Positions 1 through 12,008 are shown, counted from the stretch's first letter. The stretch: 64,000 bases of DNA from Octopus vulgaris (GCA_951406725.2 OX597816.1:35588001-35652000), one strand, 5' to 3'. Translations and numbers: made by a program. Notes: generated by a model not told the origin, from the letters alone.

Positions 1-409
1 CCGCTAAAGATATCCATTTCGAATGTATTTCAGCATATTTTTCGCATTTATATGCCTTCCAGAAGTTTTGTTTTCTTATGTTAAGGAGTTTTTTCCATGT
101 CTTCTGTATCTCTTCTCTTTTTCGGTGTGCCTCTTTTTCCAGATTTCTTTCGTTTATTTCTGACATCCAAGGAGGTTGTGGTAGGCTTTCTCTTGTAGAT
201 TTTATAATTGTTGGTATCATTTCAGCTAAATTCTTAATTTCAGAGTTTATGTGTTCATTTCCAAGTTTTCCGTCTGTAGACTGTTTTTCTATTTCCTTTA
301 AAATAGAGGATTGTGTGTCAATCATCGTGATGAGTGTTGATAATTTCGATGAAATTTCAATTAGAATTCTTTCGGATTCTGTTAATTTTGTTTGTTGCTT
401 TCCAGACAT
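1..409 (-). CDS. N-terminal part of ORF1 of a second, minus-strand Penelope-like element copy (runs off the window)
   Basis: Manual translation from ATG at 409: MSGKQQTKLTESERILIEISSKLSTLITMIDTQ...QKTWKKLLNIRKQNFWKAYKCEKYAEIHSKWISLA, no stop for 136 codons. Lies directly downstream of the minus-strand pLTR (1433->451). Plausibly the N-terminus missing from the 5'-truncated plus-strand ORF1 (inference). Confidence 0.6.
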   Translation of the reverse strand, partial: MSGKQQTKLTESERILIEISSKLSTLITMIDTQSSILKEIEKQSTDGKLGNEHINSEIKNLAEMIPTIIKSTRESLPQPPWMSEINERNLEKEAHRKREEIQKTWKKLLNIRKQNFWKAYKCEKYAEIHSKWISLA

Positions 410-450
410 GTTGGCATATACACAATAGGAATATAGATATATATATATAT

Positions 451-1433
451 GGGTGTGTGTGATTGTGTATAGAAGAATATATTAATAAAAAGAATTCCAA
501 CCTTGTCTGATTTTCACGTTTTATTTACAATCTTATAATGATATATTATAAGATAATATATTATAATTGAATAAAATAAAATGAAATAGTAGAATGTTAA
601 ATATTCATTCTGATTGAACTAGTACCTTCATGCATTGAATTCTGCAATCTTCGGGTTCATGTAGTAGTGTTGACAGTCATGCTTCACAATTTTTGACTGT
701 AGCAAGATGAGTGATTCTGTGCTATAAATACAGCTGGGTAGGCTCCAGAGTGCTAGGTTTTGCAAACTGTATTCTGACCAATCAGTGTGTAGTATCACTC
801 AATTACTTAAGCTGATTGGTTGGTTGAGCTGATTGGTTTAGGCATCACGCTTTGTTGGACAGGTGAAGAGTCCTGTATCTTGACCCTGGCCGAAGCAGCA
901 ATTGTTGGGTTATTTTTAGAAATGTTGTAAATATCCTTTTCAGAGATTTTTATATTTTTATATTTCAATTGTCATCATCATCATTGTCAGCACCTTAATT
1001 ATTGTTGCTAGTGGTGATGGTGGTGGCAATAGAACTTTTAACCCTAAATAAGATAATTTTCCTGCTATCTTCGTCTTGATCACCTTTAGTATTGTTGTTG
1101 TTGTTAGTGGTCATGGTCGTAGCAGTGGAAGTAATACCTCTAAGTATTATTATTATTGCTTATTTAGCTTGGGTTCGAATTTATCAATAAAATTCTTTTC
1201 TCTGATTTTCCTCTCGATTTCACTTGGGCTGTGTAATTTGTAGAATGGAAATATTATATATATTTTCCGACCACATGTTGCTAGGTGGTTACTCAAAGGT
1301 ATCTGACGGACCTCTGGGTCTCTAATCTGTTGCCGGTGTACACGTGAGCGTTCTAATAGTGCGTTTCCCGTCTGACCTACATATATTTCTTCACAATTTG
1401 GGCATTTGATGCAGTAAATTAAATTTCTGCTTT
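451..1433 (-). repeat. Inverted pLTR copy (3' end of EN coding region + 3' UTR)
   Basis: Reverse complement of 4269-5252, e.g. aaatttctgcttt(1421-1433) vs aaagcagaaattt(4269-4281); gggtgtgtgtgattgtg(451) vs cacaatcacacacaccc(5252). Confidence 0.97.
615..659 (-). ncRNA. Hammerhead copy in inverted pLTR with core change GAAA->GAAG
   Basis: Reverse complement of 5044-5088 except gaaggtac instead of gaaagtac. Confidence 0.7.
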
Positions 1434-1435
1434 AG

Positions 1436-2314
1436 GTACTTCCTCGGAAGTACCTAATTAAAGAAATTGCAGGAGAACCAGAGGAAGAAACTAAACTTCG
1501 ATGGGACCTTAGTTTGATAAAATTCAGGACCGACATCTCCATTACCCTGTCTAAACAATCCCGCTACAAAGCCAAATACGAAGCTATCGATGATCAAATC
1601 AGAGATGAAATATCCAAACTAACGACCGGCAATATAGCAGAAAAAATGCGAGAACTATGGATCAGAGATATCTCAAAAGAAGAAAGCAGATCAAGAAAGT
1701 TTTGTCAGCGGAAACAATTATTTCTCGACAAATATGCTACAAATTACGGTAAAGACACCAGAACTCCGAGAAATAGCATTAAAAGTGGACAACCTCACCA
1801 ACGCAACATACACCAGAACACGTGGCAACATGAACACCCGTTTCACCACGAATCGAAGACGAACTACGGTAAGAACTCTTCCCATTTTGTATGCAAACAC
1901 CCTAATGCACACAACATGAACAAAAAGCACAAACAAAATAGATATTGTTTTGAACAGACCATTAGCAGTAGAAATAACAGGAGATCATTTTCAAGACCTC
2001 AACAGAGATTGCCCACAAGAAACTGGACAAAAAACCGATCTAGATCTAGAAGTAAACCCAGATCATTTCTCCAGGTGGTTAAAAACAATGCTAACAAGAA
2101 ATTGAAAAGTAGCATACATAATACCAAAAACAAGACAGAAAACATAACGAAACCAAGTAAAGTACCACAACCAAAACGCAAAATTCATCAAGCAAACATC
2201 AACAGGAATATAAATCATAACCAGAAAAAAATCCATTTTTTTACGTCAGGACAACAAACACCGGAGAAAGAAAAAATCCAAGAGGAAACATACCCCAAAC
2301 AACTGAACGTATAG
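1436..2314 (+). CDS. 5'-truncated upstream ORF1 of the Penelope-like element (helical then basic, Arg/Ser/Lys/Asn-rich)
   Basis: Frame open from 1436 (VLPRKYLIKEIAGEPEEETKLRWDLSLIKFRTD...) to stop at 2314; RSRSRS tract; overlaps the RT frame by ~94 nt. Confidence 0.7.
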   Translation, partial: VLPRKYLIKEIAGEPEEETKLRWDLSLIKFRTDISITLSKQSRYKAKYEAIDDQIRDEISKLTTGNIAEKMRELWIRDISKEESRSRKFCQRKQLFLDKYATNYGKDTRTPRNSIKSGQPHQRNIHQNTWQHEHPFHHESKTNYGKNSSHFVCKHPNAHNMNKKHKQNRYCFEQTISSRNNRRSFSRPQQRLPTRNWTKNRSRSRSKPRSFLQVVKNNANKKLKSSIHNTKNKTENITKPSKVPQPKRKIHQANINRNINHNQKKIHFFTSGQQTPEKEKIQEETYPKQLNV

Positions 2315-3750
2315 ATCCTAAAATAATTAATTTATCAAAAAGAGATCTTGACAATGATGAAATCCAACTTCTGTCAAAAGGACTGAAATTCACACCTACA
2401 CCAACAGCCAACCACCAAGAATTAAAGGAGGATATCCAAAAATTCTGTCGAAAATTACGACTTGTAGAATTCTTCGCTAACAAAAGTAATGAGATTGATG
2501 AATCCCTAGTAAGGAATAAATCAAATTTCACCCCACCAAAAGGAAGAAATAACTACCTTGACCAATACATTGATATCCTGTCTAAATTTCCCCTTAGACG
2601 CAATACCAATGTTAGGCCAAACATTAGCAAATCAGAGATGTCTGCATGTAAACGTATACAAAACGATCAAACAATAATAATTAAACAAGCAGATAAAGGT
2701 GGTGCAATTGTTATTATGGATACCGAATACTATAAGGATTTGGTTGAAGACCAACTGAAGGATACAACCTTCTATTGTGAAATACCCGCAAATATAGACC
2801 ACCACATCATGAAAAAGATCAACAACCTGATTTCAACACACCACAACTCACTTACGGATAATGAAAAAGACTACATCACCAATTTTGAACCAAAACCCAG
2901 CAACTTCTACGGCTTACCAAAAATACACAAATCAAAAAACATTCAACAGGCAGTAAAAGAACAAGAAAGTGAGTACATAAAATTATTACATCCAAAAGAC
3001 CTAAAACTTAGACCTATTATAGCTGGTCCAGCATGCCCTACACACCGTCTAAGCAATTTTATTGACATTGTTTTGAAACCACTATGTACTTACATACCAA
3101 GTTTCATCAGGGATGACATCGACTTCCTGTCCCATCTTCCCAAAACAACAGAAACAAATTCAGTTTTACTAAGTTTTGATGTGGTAAGCCTCTACACCAA
3201 TATTCCACACGATTTAGGAATAAAGGCGATTAAATACTGGTTAGAAAAACATAGAGAAGTGATTCCCAGCAGATTCACAGTGCCATTTATATTAGACACA
3301 GTCAAACTTATTCTAGAAAATAACACATTCTTCTTCAATGGAAAGAATTACATCCAAATTAGAGGCACGGCGATGGGAACGAGGTTTGCTCCCGTTTACG
3401 CCAACTCTGTAATGGGATACTTAGAAGAACAACTCTACCAAGAGGTGGAGGTAAACTATGGCACTGGATTTAGAAAGTATATTGAAAAGGCATGGAAGAG
3501 ATACCTAGACGACTGTTTCATAATCTGGACAGAATCTCTAAATACTCTGGAAGAGTTCAATATCCTCCTGAACAACCTACACCCATCTCTCAAATTTACA
3601 AAGGAGATGAGTAGTACCAAATTACCATTCCTGGATATAATGGTAATTAAAAAAGACACCACCATCACCACAGATATATACTATAAACACACAGACACAC
3701 ATCAATACCTAAATTTTAAGTCGTGCCATCCACCACATACAAAAACGTAA
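2221..3750 (+). CDS. Penelope-type reverse transcriptase
   Basis: Frame open from 2221 (first ATG 2638): IINLS..LLSKGLKFTPTP, IIKQADKGGAIVIM, FYGLPKIHK, LRPII, SFDVVSLYTNIP, QIRGTAMGT, WKRYLDD, FLD, DIYYKHTDTHQYLNFKSCHP. Ends at a +1 slip in A5 (3741-3745). Confidence 0.95.
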   Translation, partial: PEKNPFFYVRTTNTGERKNPRGNIPQTTERIDPKIINLSKRDLDNDEIQLLSKGLKFTPTPTANHQELKEDIQKFCRKLRLVEFFANKSNEIDESLVRNKSNFTPPKGRNNYLDQYIDILSKFPLRRNTNVRPNISKSEMSACKRIQNDQTIIIKQADKGGAIVIMDTEYYKDLVEDQLKDTTFYCEIPANIDHHIMKKINNLISTHHNSLTDNEKDYITNFEPKPSNFYGLPKIHKSKNIQQAVKEQESEYIKLLHPKDLKLRPIIAGPACPTHRLSNFIDIVLKPLCTYIPSFIRDDIDFLSHLPKTTETNSVLLSFDVVSLYTNIPHDLGIKAIKYWLEKHREVIPSRFTVPFILDTVKLILENNTFFFNGKNYIQIRGTAMGTRFAPVYANSVMGYLEEQLYQEVEVNYGTGFRKYIEKAWKRYLDDCFIIWTESLNTLEEFNILLNNLHPSLKFTKEMSSTKLPFLDIMVIKKDTTITTDIYYKHTDTHQYLNFKSCHPPHTKT

Positions 3751-4549
3751 CATCCCATACTGCCTAGCCAGAAGAATTTGTACTATTGTAGAAGATGCAA
3801 ATATCAGGAACAAACGCCTAATAGAACTAAGAGAATTTTTGCTCAAACAAAAATACCCATCTCTACTTATAGAAAATGGCATACAGCGGGCTATAAAAAT
3901 ACCTATACAACAACTTAGGACAACCCAAGGAAGAGGAAAACAAGAACAAGTCATACCATTCATAGTGACACACAACCCATGTCACCAGAATATCTTCAAC
4001 ATTGCCAAAGCAAACCTACCAATCATTGCCCAAAGTAATGAATTAAAAGACATAATCAAGGATCGAGCTATGGTGCTTAGTAAAAGACAGCCTAAAAACT
4101 TGAAAACATTACTAACAAAGGCAAAATTTGACCTCAGCAACAAAGACCAAACATTCACGGTATCTAAATGCAATGATAGCCGATGTGGCACATGCCAATT
4201 CATACATACCGGTCAATATATAAACACAAAAACCGGGAAAATATTCACAAACGCGAATATGAACTGCAAAAGCAGAAATTTAATTTACTGCATCAAATGC
4301 CCAAATTGTGAAGAAATATATGTAGGTCAGACGGGAAACGCACTATTAGAACGCTCACGTGTACACCGGCAACAGATTAGAGACCCAGAGGTCCGTCAGA
4401 TACCTTTGAGTAACCACCTAGCAACATGTGGTCGGAAAATATATATAATATTTCCATTCTACAAATTACACAGCCCAAGTGAAATCGAGAGGAAAATCAG
4501 AGAAAAGAATTTTATTGATAAATTCGAACCCAAGCTAAATAAGCAATAA
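3746..4549 (+). CDS. RT thumb/linker plus GIY-YIG endonuclease (frameshifted continuation of the RT ORF)
   Basis: Removing one A at 3741-3745 gives HTKRNIPY continuing into ORF 3839-4549, with CNDSRCGTC (Cys linker typical of Neptune clade), NLIYCIKCPNC..IYVGQT, R..H and final E..FI..F.PKLN. Confidence 0.9.
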   Translation, partial: RNIPYCLARRICTIVEDANIRNKRLIELREFLLKQKYPSLLIENGIQRAIKIPIQQLRTTQGRGKQEQVIPFIVTHNPCHQNIFNIAKANLPIIAQSNELKDIIKDRAMVLSKRQPKNLKTLLTKAKFDLSNKDQTFTVSKCNDSRCGTCQFIHTGQYINTKTGKIFTNANMNCKSRNLIYCIKCPNCEEIYVGQTGNALLERSRVHRQQIRDPEVRQIPLSNHLATCGRKIYIIFPFYKLHSPSEIERKIREKNFIDKFEPKLNKQ

Positions 4550-5043
4550 TAATAATACTTAGAGGTATTACTTCCACTGCTACGACCATGACCACTAACA
4601 ACAACAACAATACTAAAGGTGATCAAGACGAAGATAGCAGGAAAATTATCTTATTTAGGGTTAAAAGTTCTATTGCCACCACCATCACCACTAGCAACAA
4701 TAATTAAGGTGCTGACAATGATGATGATGACAATTGAAATATAAAAATATAAAAATCTCTGACAAAGGATATTTACAACATTTCTAAAAATAACCCAACA
4801 ATTGCTGCTTCGGCCAGGGTCAAGATACAGGACTCTTGACCTGTCCAACAAAGCGTGATGCCTAAACCAATCAGCTCAACCAACCAATCAGCTTAAGTAA
4901 TTGAGTGATACTACACACTGATTGGTCAGAATACAGTTTGCAAAACCTAGCACTCTGGAGCCTACCCAGCTGTATTTATAGCACAGAATCACTCATCTTG
5001 CTACAGTCAAAAATTGTGAAGCATGACTGTCAACACTACTACA

Positions 5044-5088
5044 TGAACCCGAAGATTGCAGAATTCAATGCATGAAAGTACTAGTTCA
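5044..5088 (+). ncRNA. Minimal type-I hammerhead ribozyme in Penelope pLTR
   Basis: TGAAC-CCGAAGA-tTGCA gaattcaa TGCAt-GAAA-GTAC-TA-GTTCA: stem I TGAAC/GTTCA, U4C core variant, stem II TGCA/TGCA, palindromic stem III GTAC. Confidence 0.85.
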
Positions 5089-5250
5089 ATCAGAATGAAT
5101 ATTTAACATTCTACTATTTCACTTTATTTTATTCAATTATAATATATTATCTTATAATATATCATTATAAGATTGTAAATAAAACGTGAAAATCAGACAA
5201 GGTTGGAATTCATTTTATTAATATATTCTTCTATACACAATCACACACAC

Positions 5251-5306
<56 letters not shown>

Positions 5307-5543
5307 ATATATGGTACAAAGTGAGATAGGGGTTATGAGTGTAACCCACTATGGGATATCATTTATCCAATATACTGCCAGTAAAGTACCCAGAATGCTA
5401 ATACATAAATGCTAAGAATTGCAATGCAATTAATTCATTTACTAATTATTTAGATTAAAATCTAAATCCAACAGAATAATACAGAATAAAACAATATACA
5501 TCAATAAGTAAGATAATACCATAAGAATAATACATATAAAATG

Positions 5544-5635
5544 GATCTTACAGGTGTTTCAGCCTGTAGAAACGAGTATCTCATTATGCCCATATTAGTC
5601 AGATGTATTGAGATAATATGCAGTTAAAAATGAGT

Positions 5636-5684
<49 letters not shown>

Positions 5685-5702
5685 AAGGCTTCGTCAGTGA
5701 TT
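5544..5702 (-). ncRNA. Degenerate hammerhead with long stem-II loop containing (TA)n, in a non-coding PLE-like element (~5310-6500)
   Basis: Minus: atca-CTGACGA-AGCCT...~115 nt incl. (TA)n...AGGCT-GAAA-CACCTG-TA-agat. Confidence 0.55.
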
Positions 5703-5994
5703 ATAAAGTATAATTTTAAAGATATAAAATGAAGATATAAAATGCAAATATGAATATTAAAGAAGGTACACATATACAAGAATATGCATATATACATATA
5801 CATATAAGTGTATATACATATATATAAGTATATACATAATAAGTGTATATACATATATATAAGTATATACATAATAATATACATACACATAGGTTACTGT
5901 TAATCAGATCTATATACTGGAATATACATATATATATCCACTTCAAAGTGTGCATATACAAAGCCCAAAGTTCATTATATTACATTATTAAAAA

Positions 5995-5995
5995 C

Positions 5996-6059
<64 letters not shown>

Positions 6060-6095
6060 GTTGTTGTTGTTGTTGTTATTATTATTATTATTATT
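5995..6095. repeat. (ATT)n/(GTT)n microsatellite
   Basis: Direct reading. Confidence 0.95.
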
Positions 6096-6789
6096 AATAC
6101 CAATAAAGGAATATGTGCATTCTGCTATTCACAATACATAGTAGATGGAAAATACCACATAAAATTTAGTATAATATAATACAGTGTAACACAACATAAT
6201 AATATATAATATATTATATTACATATTAAATATACAATATATAATATAGTATAACCTAATATATAGACAGATGCATATGGGGGATGCCAGTAAATTAATT
6301 AATTCAATATAATAAAATAATGCAAAACAATATACAACGTTACAATATACAATGTCATTATATTTATATATCATACAGCGAAAATCGAAACTTTAGTCAA
6401 AATCTACATACATATATATACACACAGGTACCAAATACATGCACATGCATATACATACATGCTCAAAAGCACCTTCACTATTCATTAAAATACTTGACTA
6501 CTATGAGGAATATTTCATCTAATTATTCTACATTTGTTTAGATCTGGAAAGTTTTTCTGAAAGCAACGATTAATATTTTGCTCTGAGTGTTTATTATTTG
6601 CTTGATTTCAACATATCGTTATATAGTATACACTTATTCAGAATTGTTAGAAAGGTTTCTTATACATTAGTTAGGCTTTTCGTTCAGAACATGACATTGA
6701 AAAATAATTCTTTTTTCTGTTAAAATGGGTTTGTAGTTAGAAGTTTATTTCCCAACTACGTGATTGTTCAGTCTCATTGCGTGGCATCT

Positions 6790-6901
6790 TGGACTAAAGG
6801 CTTCTGGTATAGCCACGGGCCGGCAGCAGCTTTTTGTTTTCGTAAACAGAAACTGAAAGAAGCTTGTCGAATATATGTGTGTGACCGTGTGTTCACGTGA
6901 T

Positions 6902-6941
<40 letters not shown>

Positions 6942-7130
6942 TAGCACTTGTAAAACTGTGTCAGTGTATTTGTTCCCGCGACATAGTGGCTCGATAAAAC
7001 AGCCTGATGGCATAAGTACACGGCTTAAAGAAATAATAAGCGTTGCGGTCGATTTTTTCAACTAAAATCCTTCAAGGTGGTGCCGCACAAGGCCTCAGTC
7101 TAATGCCAGACACAAGCAAAAGATAAAACA
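6790..7130 (+). mobile_element. Degraded SINE of the composite family seen at 10105-10745
   Basis: Shares gaaactgaaagaagcttgtcg, central (TG)n and gtcgatttt..actaaaatccttcaaggtggtgcc..agataaaa segments. Confidence 0.6.
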
Positions 7131-7702
7131 TGAATGTGTGCATGTGAGTATGTGTTTGTGTGTGTGTGTGTGAGAGAGAGAGAGAAAGAGAGAGAGTCAG
7201 TGTATGTATGAGCGTGTGTGTGAGAGTGAGAGTGATTTTTTTATGCACAAGTTGTTTATAAAGTAAGATTAGTATAATTGAATTTTGAGAATATCGTAGT
7301 ATCTGTGGTGTCTTTATTGTAATCGTTCCAGTTGTTCTTTCTTTGAAATTTTCAACTGCTGGTTTGACACAGTAGGATTATTCGCTCTATTGTGAATTTC
7401 TTTGTGTAAAATGAATAGAAATTTATTCAGGCAGTGGATGAATCGGTTTGTCAGATTAACAACCGCCGTAAAGTGGCTGGATTAATGTCAGCAAGGTCAC
7501 TTACCATTTCTTTTGAATGAAGACAGATGTAGAAGAATTAGCTGAGCATTTCCTCAATGTGTGCCGACAAAGATATCTCGTGTTGCTTTGTATAGATTTC
7601 ATCGAATAATAAACTCTTGTTTTCTTTCTAATTCTTTTTGGTGATTTCCAGTGCATTTTAAGCGTAATATCCACCTTAAACCTAGGTCTACCAGAGAAAA
7701 TA

Positions 7703-9200
7703 TATGTCACTAAGTACCAAATCGATCCAATGGACCCAATATTTTCCTTTTAATTAAATTTTATTCAAACTACCCCTATTTCTTAGCTACATTATATGTG
7801 CTATCAGGTGAATCATGAATTACTGTTTCTCACATATCAAATATTAAAAAAAATATGTATACAGCTCACAAAATATATTATGAATTTTCAAAATTTCCAA
7901 AATACAGAATTACAGCTCTGTATGGCAGTGAACGCAAACATGTAGATTTGCATTTTCGAGGCATAATAAGATTCACAGTCGCATATTTAATTTCATATTT
8001 CCCTGGTTTCGAAGGAATCTTTACCCGAAATGGCAGCGCCCTCTGAATGAAACTATTTTTTCATTAACTGTCACGCATGAACTTGGAACATATACATCAT
8101 GCAAACACTGATTTCACATTTCAAATACTTCTCGTATGGGCTCCAATTTATCATCACTTCACTTTTGTTCTTCTTGCACTAGCATCATCAAAACGCAATA
8201 CTTGTAAAATCTATAAATACTTGCAAATCTTCCCCGGCTCATAATTTTGTTGAATATCGGGCGGCCATCTTCTTGACTCCATAACTGTGTAACATTTTCC
8301 TGTTTAGATTTATAAACACCTATAAAAATAATCAATCACATAAATTTCGTTACTTCAGAGTGATCAGTTTCCTTCCATTAATCTTTCTAAGCAACCTGAC
8401 CTTCAATATTTGTCCATTTACAGATTACTACAAGAAGATTCCGGCGCATAAAGATAGCAAAACATGTTTCAGTTCTATCGCGAGATCTTTTTGCAAAACG
8501 GGAAGGTCTATAGTCTTGGCTCGCAATATTGCAAGATGAAATTCTGACTGCCGCTTAAGTAAAAGAATAACAATGCGCAACATCTTGTCTGTCTCTAGAA
8601 ACATATTGTTCAGTCATAACTGGGAGACTTGTCGAAACTTGTTTTTAAGAATTACCTTCATCTGACAACACAGAACCTAAACTGCCCAGCACACAATCAC
8701 TTTGAATATCATCTTCAGAGCAATAGCAGGAATTATTACTATCTTCGTCCCATTCTTCATCTAAATCCAATAACTTTTTTCGATATTTGGTCTTCACTCA
8801 AGTTTTCACGTCTAGGCATAATGGAAAGCACACTTGAACTATATGAAGCATGATAGCAGAGTAAAGGCAGATATTGCTTTCCCACATATTTATACTTTCC
8901 TGAAAGATGATGCAATATATTGTAAGAACTGCGTCATCACATAGAAATATTGCATCACCTTATAAACTAGCAGAATGAAGACGATGCAAGACCACACAAA
9001 TTTACACTAATATTTTCATAATTTTCCAATATTATCTAACATTCAGCACATAAGTTGAATGCAATTTTATCTATTTTATATCTGATAAATATCTCGGAAA
9101 ATAATATTTGATACTGCTTTTATTCTGTTTAGAATTACAAGAGTATTGTATGAATTCAATTGGAGGGTCCAATTGACCAATACGGTAATTAACGTATTAA
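7703..9200. mobile_element. Possible degraded piggyBac-like DNA transposon derivative
   Basis: Imperfect terminal inverted match: taagtaccaaatcgatccaatggaccc (7710-7737) vs gggtccaattgaccaatacggtaattaacgtattaa (9165-9200) ending in TTAA; no intact ORF. Confidence 0.3.
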
Positions 9201-10104
9201 GTAAAATTTTCTAACGTATATAAACGCACGAAAATTTCCCATTTAACAAATAAAGGAGAGTCAAGAAAAAATAAGAGACACGAGAAATCAGAAGAATCAA
9301 ATAATATAAACAGTAGGAAACAGCAACTGAAAAGACTGAAATGGACACATTGGTAGACAAGATGAATAATATTGACTCATTGGTAGACATAAGATGAATA
9401 ATATTGAAAAATTAGCCTTTGAATTTTACAAGATGCAACTCACACTTGATCAAAAAAACCAATGGCTATAAACGCGACAACATTTTTTTATATTTAAGAA
9501 GCAGCCTATTTGACTACTGCTACCGCTGCTGTTGCCACTTCTGTCGCTACTGGTGCAGTGGTGGCTGCTGTTTTTGTCGCTGTGGTGTTATAATTACCCT
9601 GGCACATAATCATTATTTCAGGAAAAATAGTCATTATGTTCTGAGATATTTAGATTGAAAATAGAAATTAATGAATAAGAAAGAACATTTGGTATCACGC
9701 ATCTCTCTGCTAAATATTCCTCGTAAATAAAACTGGTCCAATGGGCTGCACTAGAAATTATATGTAATTATGAACAACTACTATGGAAGATAAATATATA
9801 ATATACTGGAGTTTTGGTTACACGTATTTATGACAATTAATTTAATTTTAAACCGGTATCCGTGAATATATGCACACCGTAGACGAACTTGTGATCACTC
9901 CAAGAATGATAAATTAAATTTGGCTTGTAATACTGAATCATCGATAGGAGAAAACAGATAGCTTATAGATTGCTGATATTTTAAGGTAGTCCACTCAAAA
10001 ATTCTGTCATTTACTTTCGATAATGTTGTTGAGAGCGACCTGTCACTCTGCAACAGCATCGTTTTAGATACAAGAGAAGCACAAGTAAATCGTGTATAGT
10101 TCAT

Positions 10105-10745
10105 AGGCGTAGGAGTGGCTGTGTGGTTAGTAGATTGCTTACGAACCACATGGTTCCAGGTTCAGTCCCACTGAATGGACCCTTGGGCAAGTGTCTTCTA
10201 TTATAGCCTCGCGCCAATGGATTTGGTAGACGGAAACTGAAAGACGCCTGTCGTATATATGTATATATATATATATATATAGTTAATCCAAACATGAAAG
10301 CACAAAAAGACACAACAACGCGAAGACGTGGGACAAATATAGTATTATTGGACGCTCAGGAAAGAAGTAAAGCAGGAGGGTTTAACGTTTCGAGCGGAGC
10401 TCTTCGTCGGAAACATAGGAGAAGGAAAGATCCGGAGAAGGGAAGACAGAGGGAAAAAAATCACCAACGGTACACACGCGGTCACATTTATATATATATA
10501 TATATATATATGTATGCGTGTGTATATGTTTGTGTGTCTATGTTTGGCTCCCCAATATCGCTTGGCAACCGATGGGGGTGGGTTTACGTCCCTGTAACTT
10601 ACCGGTTCGGCAAAGGAGGCTGATAGGATAAATACTAGGCTTTCAAAGAATAAGTCCTGGCGTCGATTTTCTCGACTGAAGGCGATGCTCCGGCATGACC
10701 ACAGTCAATTGACCGAAACAAATAAAAGAGTAAAAAAGTAAAAAA
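10105..10745 (+). mobile_element. tRNA-derived composite SINE split in its (TA)n spacer by a hammerhead-bearing insert
   Basis: A-box-like gtggctgtgtggttag, B-box-like ggttcagtccc, ccttgggcaagtg core, 3' half 10535-10745 ending in A-rich tail. Confidence 0.8.
10283..10487 (-). mobile_element. Short non-coding element carrying a hammerhead (10380-10414); second copy at 53484-53650
   Basis: Minus: GTTT-CCGACGA-aGAGC tcc GCTC-GAAA-CG-TT-AAAC; flanked by (TA)n; colinear homolog at 53484-53650. Confidence 0.75.
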
Positions 10746-10972
10746 GTAAGTCTCGTAACATTCGTCATTGTAGTGGTTGCTGTTACGATCTTTATCTTTT
10801 CCGCCGTAAATTTTTCTTTCCTTTCTCTTCTTTTTTTGGTTTTGCTTTAGCAACATATTGATCTCTTTCAATTAACCGATAATGGAAATAATTCTAATCA
10901 GTGCTGGCCAGTTTCCTTCATTTAACGCGTAGAGATATATGTACTTCAATTATATGTAATAGAACTGTATGT

Positions 10973-11027
<55 letters not shown>

Positions 11028-11169
11028 TATATGTGTGTGTTTGTAAGGTTCGTGTAATGTTCTGTGTAAGACTAGTATATTATTTGTCAGTCCCTCTTGT
11101 CAAACTGCTGAGTTACGTGTAAACACACCAATATCAGTGTGACACGCTCACGCAAATACATATTTATAA

Positions 11170-11275
<106 letters not shown>

Positions 11276-11332
11276 CATGTATATACACATATATGTATAT
11301 ACACATATATATATTTATATACATATATATTC

Positions 11333-11382
<50 letters not shown>

Positions 11383-12008
11383 ATGTATGTGTGTGTATAT
11401 CCTTCTGCATTTGAATGGCAGTATATCGTGAGTACTAGTTGAAAGAACTGCTTAAATGCTCTGTATGTTATGTATATAAATTCAACATATTTCCTAACTC
11501 ACTATTGCATTATCAGGTTATGTTTTTGTAAACCTTGTAAGATAAGTAGTCTGCGCAACCGAATTGTGCTGCGTAATCTATGATGTCAGAAACATGAGAA
11601 GGAGAAAGAGAAAGAATGATCTTTGGAATAATTCACTGTTCTGAGAAACAAATAGTAATCAAAAAAATATAATTACATTTCAGTGTTGAATGAACAATGC
11701 AAATTTAAGTAATTGGTTTTGACCTTCTATTGATTCCGTTTACTTTATACATATAGTCTTATATTAACAAAGACATTCAACGCTTACAGAAGATGCAATT
11801 CATTTCCGCCTAATACATGTTTGGTCGTGTACCACGGTACTTTAACTTTTTGCCACTTTAACTGTTGTTCTTTAAATATCTGAGTATTTATGGAAATGAA
11901 ACTCAATGGTTGGGTGAAGTAGAATAATATTTAGCATTAATACAATTTATAATCTACCCTACCACAAACTTTAATATAGTCACACTATTGGCGACGCTGT
12001 TTTTAGAG

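Larger units (their letters stand above)
451..5252 (+). mobile_element. Penelope-like retroelement (Neptune-type) with ~984-bp inverted pseudo-LTR
   Basis: RT and GIY-YIG ORFs; 451-1433 is the reverse complement of 4269-5252 with only about five differences noticed; hammerhead motif in the pLTR; both ends abut (TA)n. Confidence 0.95.
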
